Shown: one piece after another, positions 62,949-64,000 of the stretch
Position numbering within the stretch: the stretch's first letter is position 1
Layout: the number at the start of each line of letters is the position of its first letter
Origin: Octopus sinensis
Lineage: Eukaryota
Length of the DNA stretch: 64,000 bases
Direction: 5' to 3'
NCBI RefSeq assembly: GCF_006345805.1
Contig: NC_043021.1
Location: 26,040,001 to 26,104,000 of the forward strand
Position numbers and translations under genes: made by a program
Notes under the pieces: generated by a model
What the model saw: the letters and a program-made list of their open reading frames with translations, nothing else
What the model was told of the DNA's origin: nothing
The model's database searches: none

Positions 62949-62995
62949 GTGTATATATATATATGTATATATATATATGTGTATATATATATATG

Positions 62996-63026
<31 letters not shown>

Positions 63027-63175
63027 TATATATATATATAGATATGTATATATATATATGTATATATATATATAGATATGTATATAATATATGTATATAT
63101 ATATATAGATATGTATATATATATACATATATATATATACATACATATATATATACATGTGTGTGTGTGTGTGTG
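62655..63175. repeat. Long degenerate (TA)n tract with interspersed CA/TG
   Basis: Directly visible; source of the (YI)n ORFs. Confidence 0.97.
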
Positions 63176-63574
63176 CGTGTGTGGCTGTCATCGACCGTGT
63201 TAAATAATCTGAGGAGAGATTGAGTAATAAATAAAGCAAAGGTTCTCTCCTCCGACAGGAACAGAAAAGACCCAGGGTTGTAAGGAGAACCGCGACAACA
63301 AACAGATTCTTCTTCTTCTTCTTATTTATTGTAATAATCCGTCATTTTTAATGAGAATCTTTGGAAAGAGAGAAAGATTTTTCTTCTTTCTAATAAAAGG
63401 GGTCGGATTATTCACAACAGAAGAAAGAAAAAAAGGATTATTATTATTATTATTATCCTAATTAATGTCCTTTTGTCAGTTTCCCAGTTGTAGGATGTTG
63501 TTTTGTAAACAATACTCGCAGCCAGCATATGTGGGTCTGTGCAGTCGTATATTGTGTGTATATATATATATATA

Positions 63575-63735
63575 GATATGTGTGTGTATATACACACATG
63601 CAGATATATGTGTGTGTGTATATACACACATGCGGATATAGATATGTGTGTGTGTATATACACACATGCAGATATATGTGTGTGTGTATATACACACATG
63701 CAGATATGTATGTGTGTGTGAGTATACACATGCGG

Positions 63736-63769
<34 letters not shown>

Positions 63770-63770
63770 A
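63575..63770. repeat. Tandem repeat of about 33 bp, core ACACATGC(A/G)GATAT, 5 copies, with palindromic linkers
   Basis: Directly visible. Confidence 0.9.
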
Positions 63771-64000
63771 CATAAAGATATATACATGTTCATACACATA
63801 TACACGTAACTATGCATGTACACACATATATACATAATTTCATCAAAAATTAAAACTAATTAACAAGAATAGTTTTCAATCTCACCACTTTGTACACACA
63901 ACACACACACACATGTGTGTATATATATATTATATTATATATATATATATACGCATAAATGTTTGGAACCAAAGGAAGTCTGTCTGTCTCTCTCTCTCTC

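Noticed and set aside
62429-63837. Many Tyr/Ile/His/Thr-rich ORFs (also elsewhere in the window)
   Set aside because: Translations of (TA)n and (CA)n tracts.

Overview
Eukaryotic, AT-rich, CpG-depleted and microsatellite-dense DNA. The repeat families look octopus/coleoid-like; this is inferred from recalled repeat sequences, not a search. The single host gene is a minus-strand nuclear receptor of the E78 (Eip78C, NR1E) type. I reconstructed 7 phase-compatible coding exons: 46382-45359, 10755-10634, 9153-9012, 8217-8009, 6992-6851, 5200-5037 and 1504-1399. Together they give 636 codons: a 341-aa low-complexity A/B region, the C4 zinc-finger DBD, the hinge and most of the LBD. The last LBD exon lies left of the window and the first coding intron is about 34.6 kb. 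The rest is a repeat landscape. It holds one young 5'-truncated RTE LINE whose RT carries a PHD-finger insertion, many truncated copies or 3' tails of that LINE, at least three tRNA-derived SINE types, and old BovB-like, CR1/L2-like, Tc1 and Tigger relics. It also holds piggyBac-type MITEs, a Penelope-like relic with a decayed hammerhead ribozyme, and tandem repeats. I see no clear multi-gene novel system. The best leads are the PHD-in-RT LINE, an 850-bp pyrimidine-rich 15-mer array against an LBD splice acceptor, and a 460-bp foldback with a tRNA-like loop. All alignments and counts were done by eye; repeat boundaries are approximate unless a TSD or splice site is quoted.
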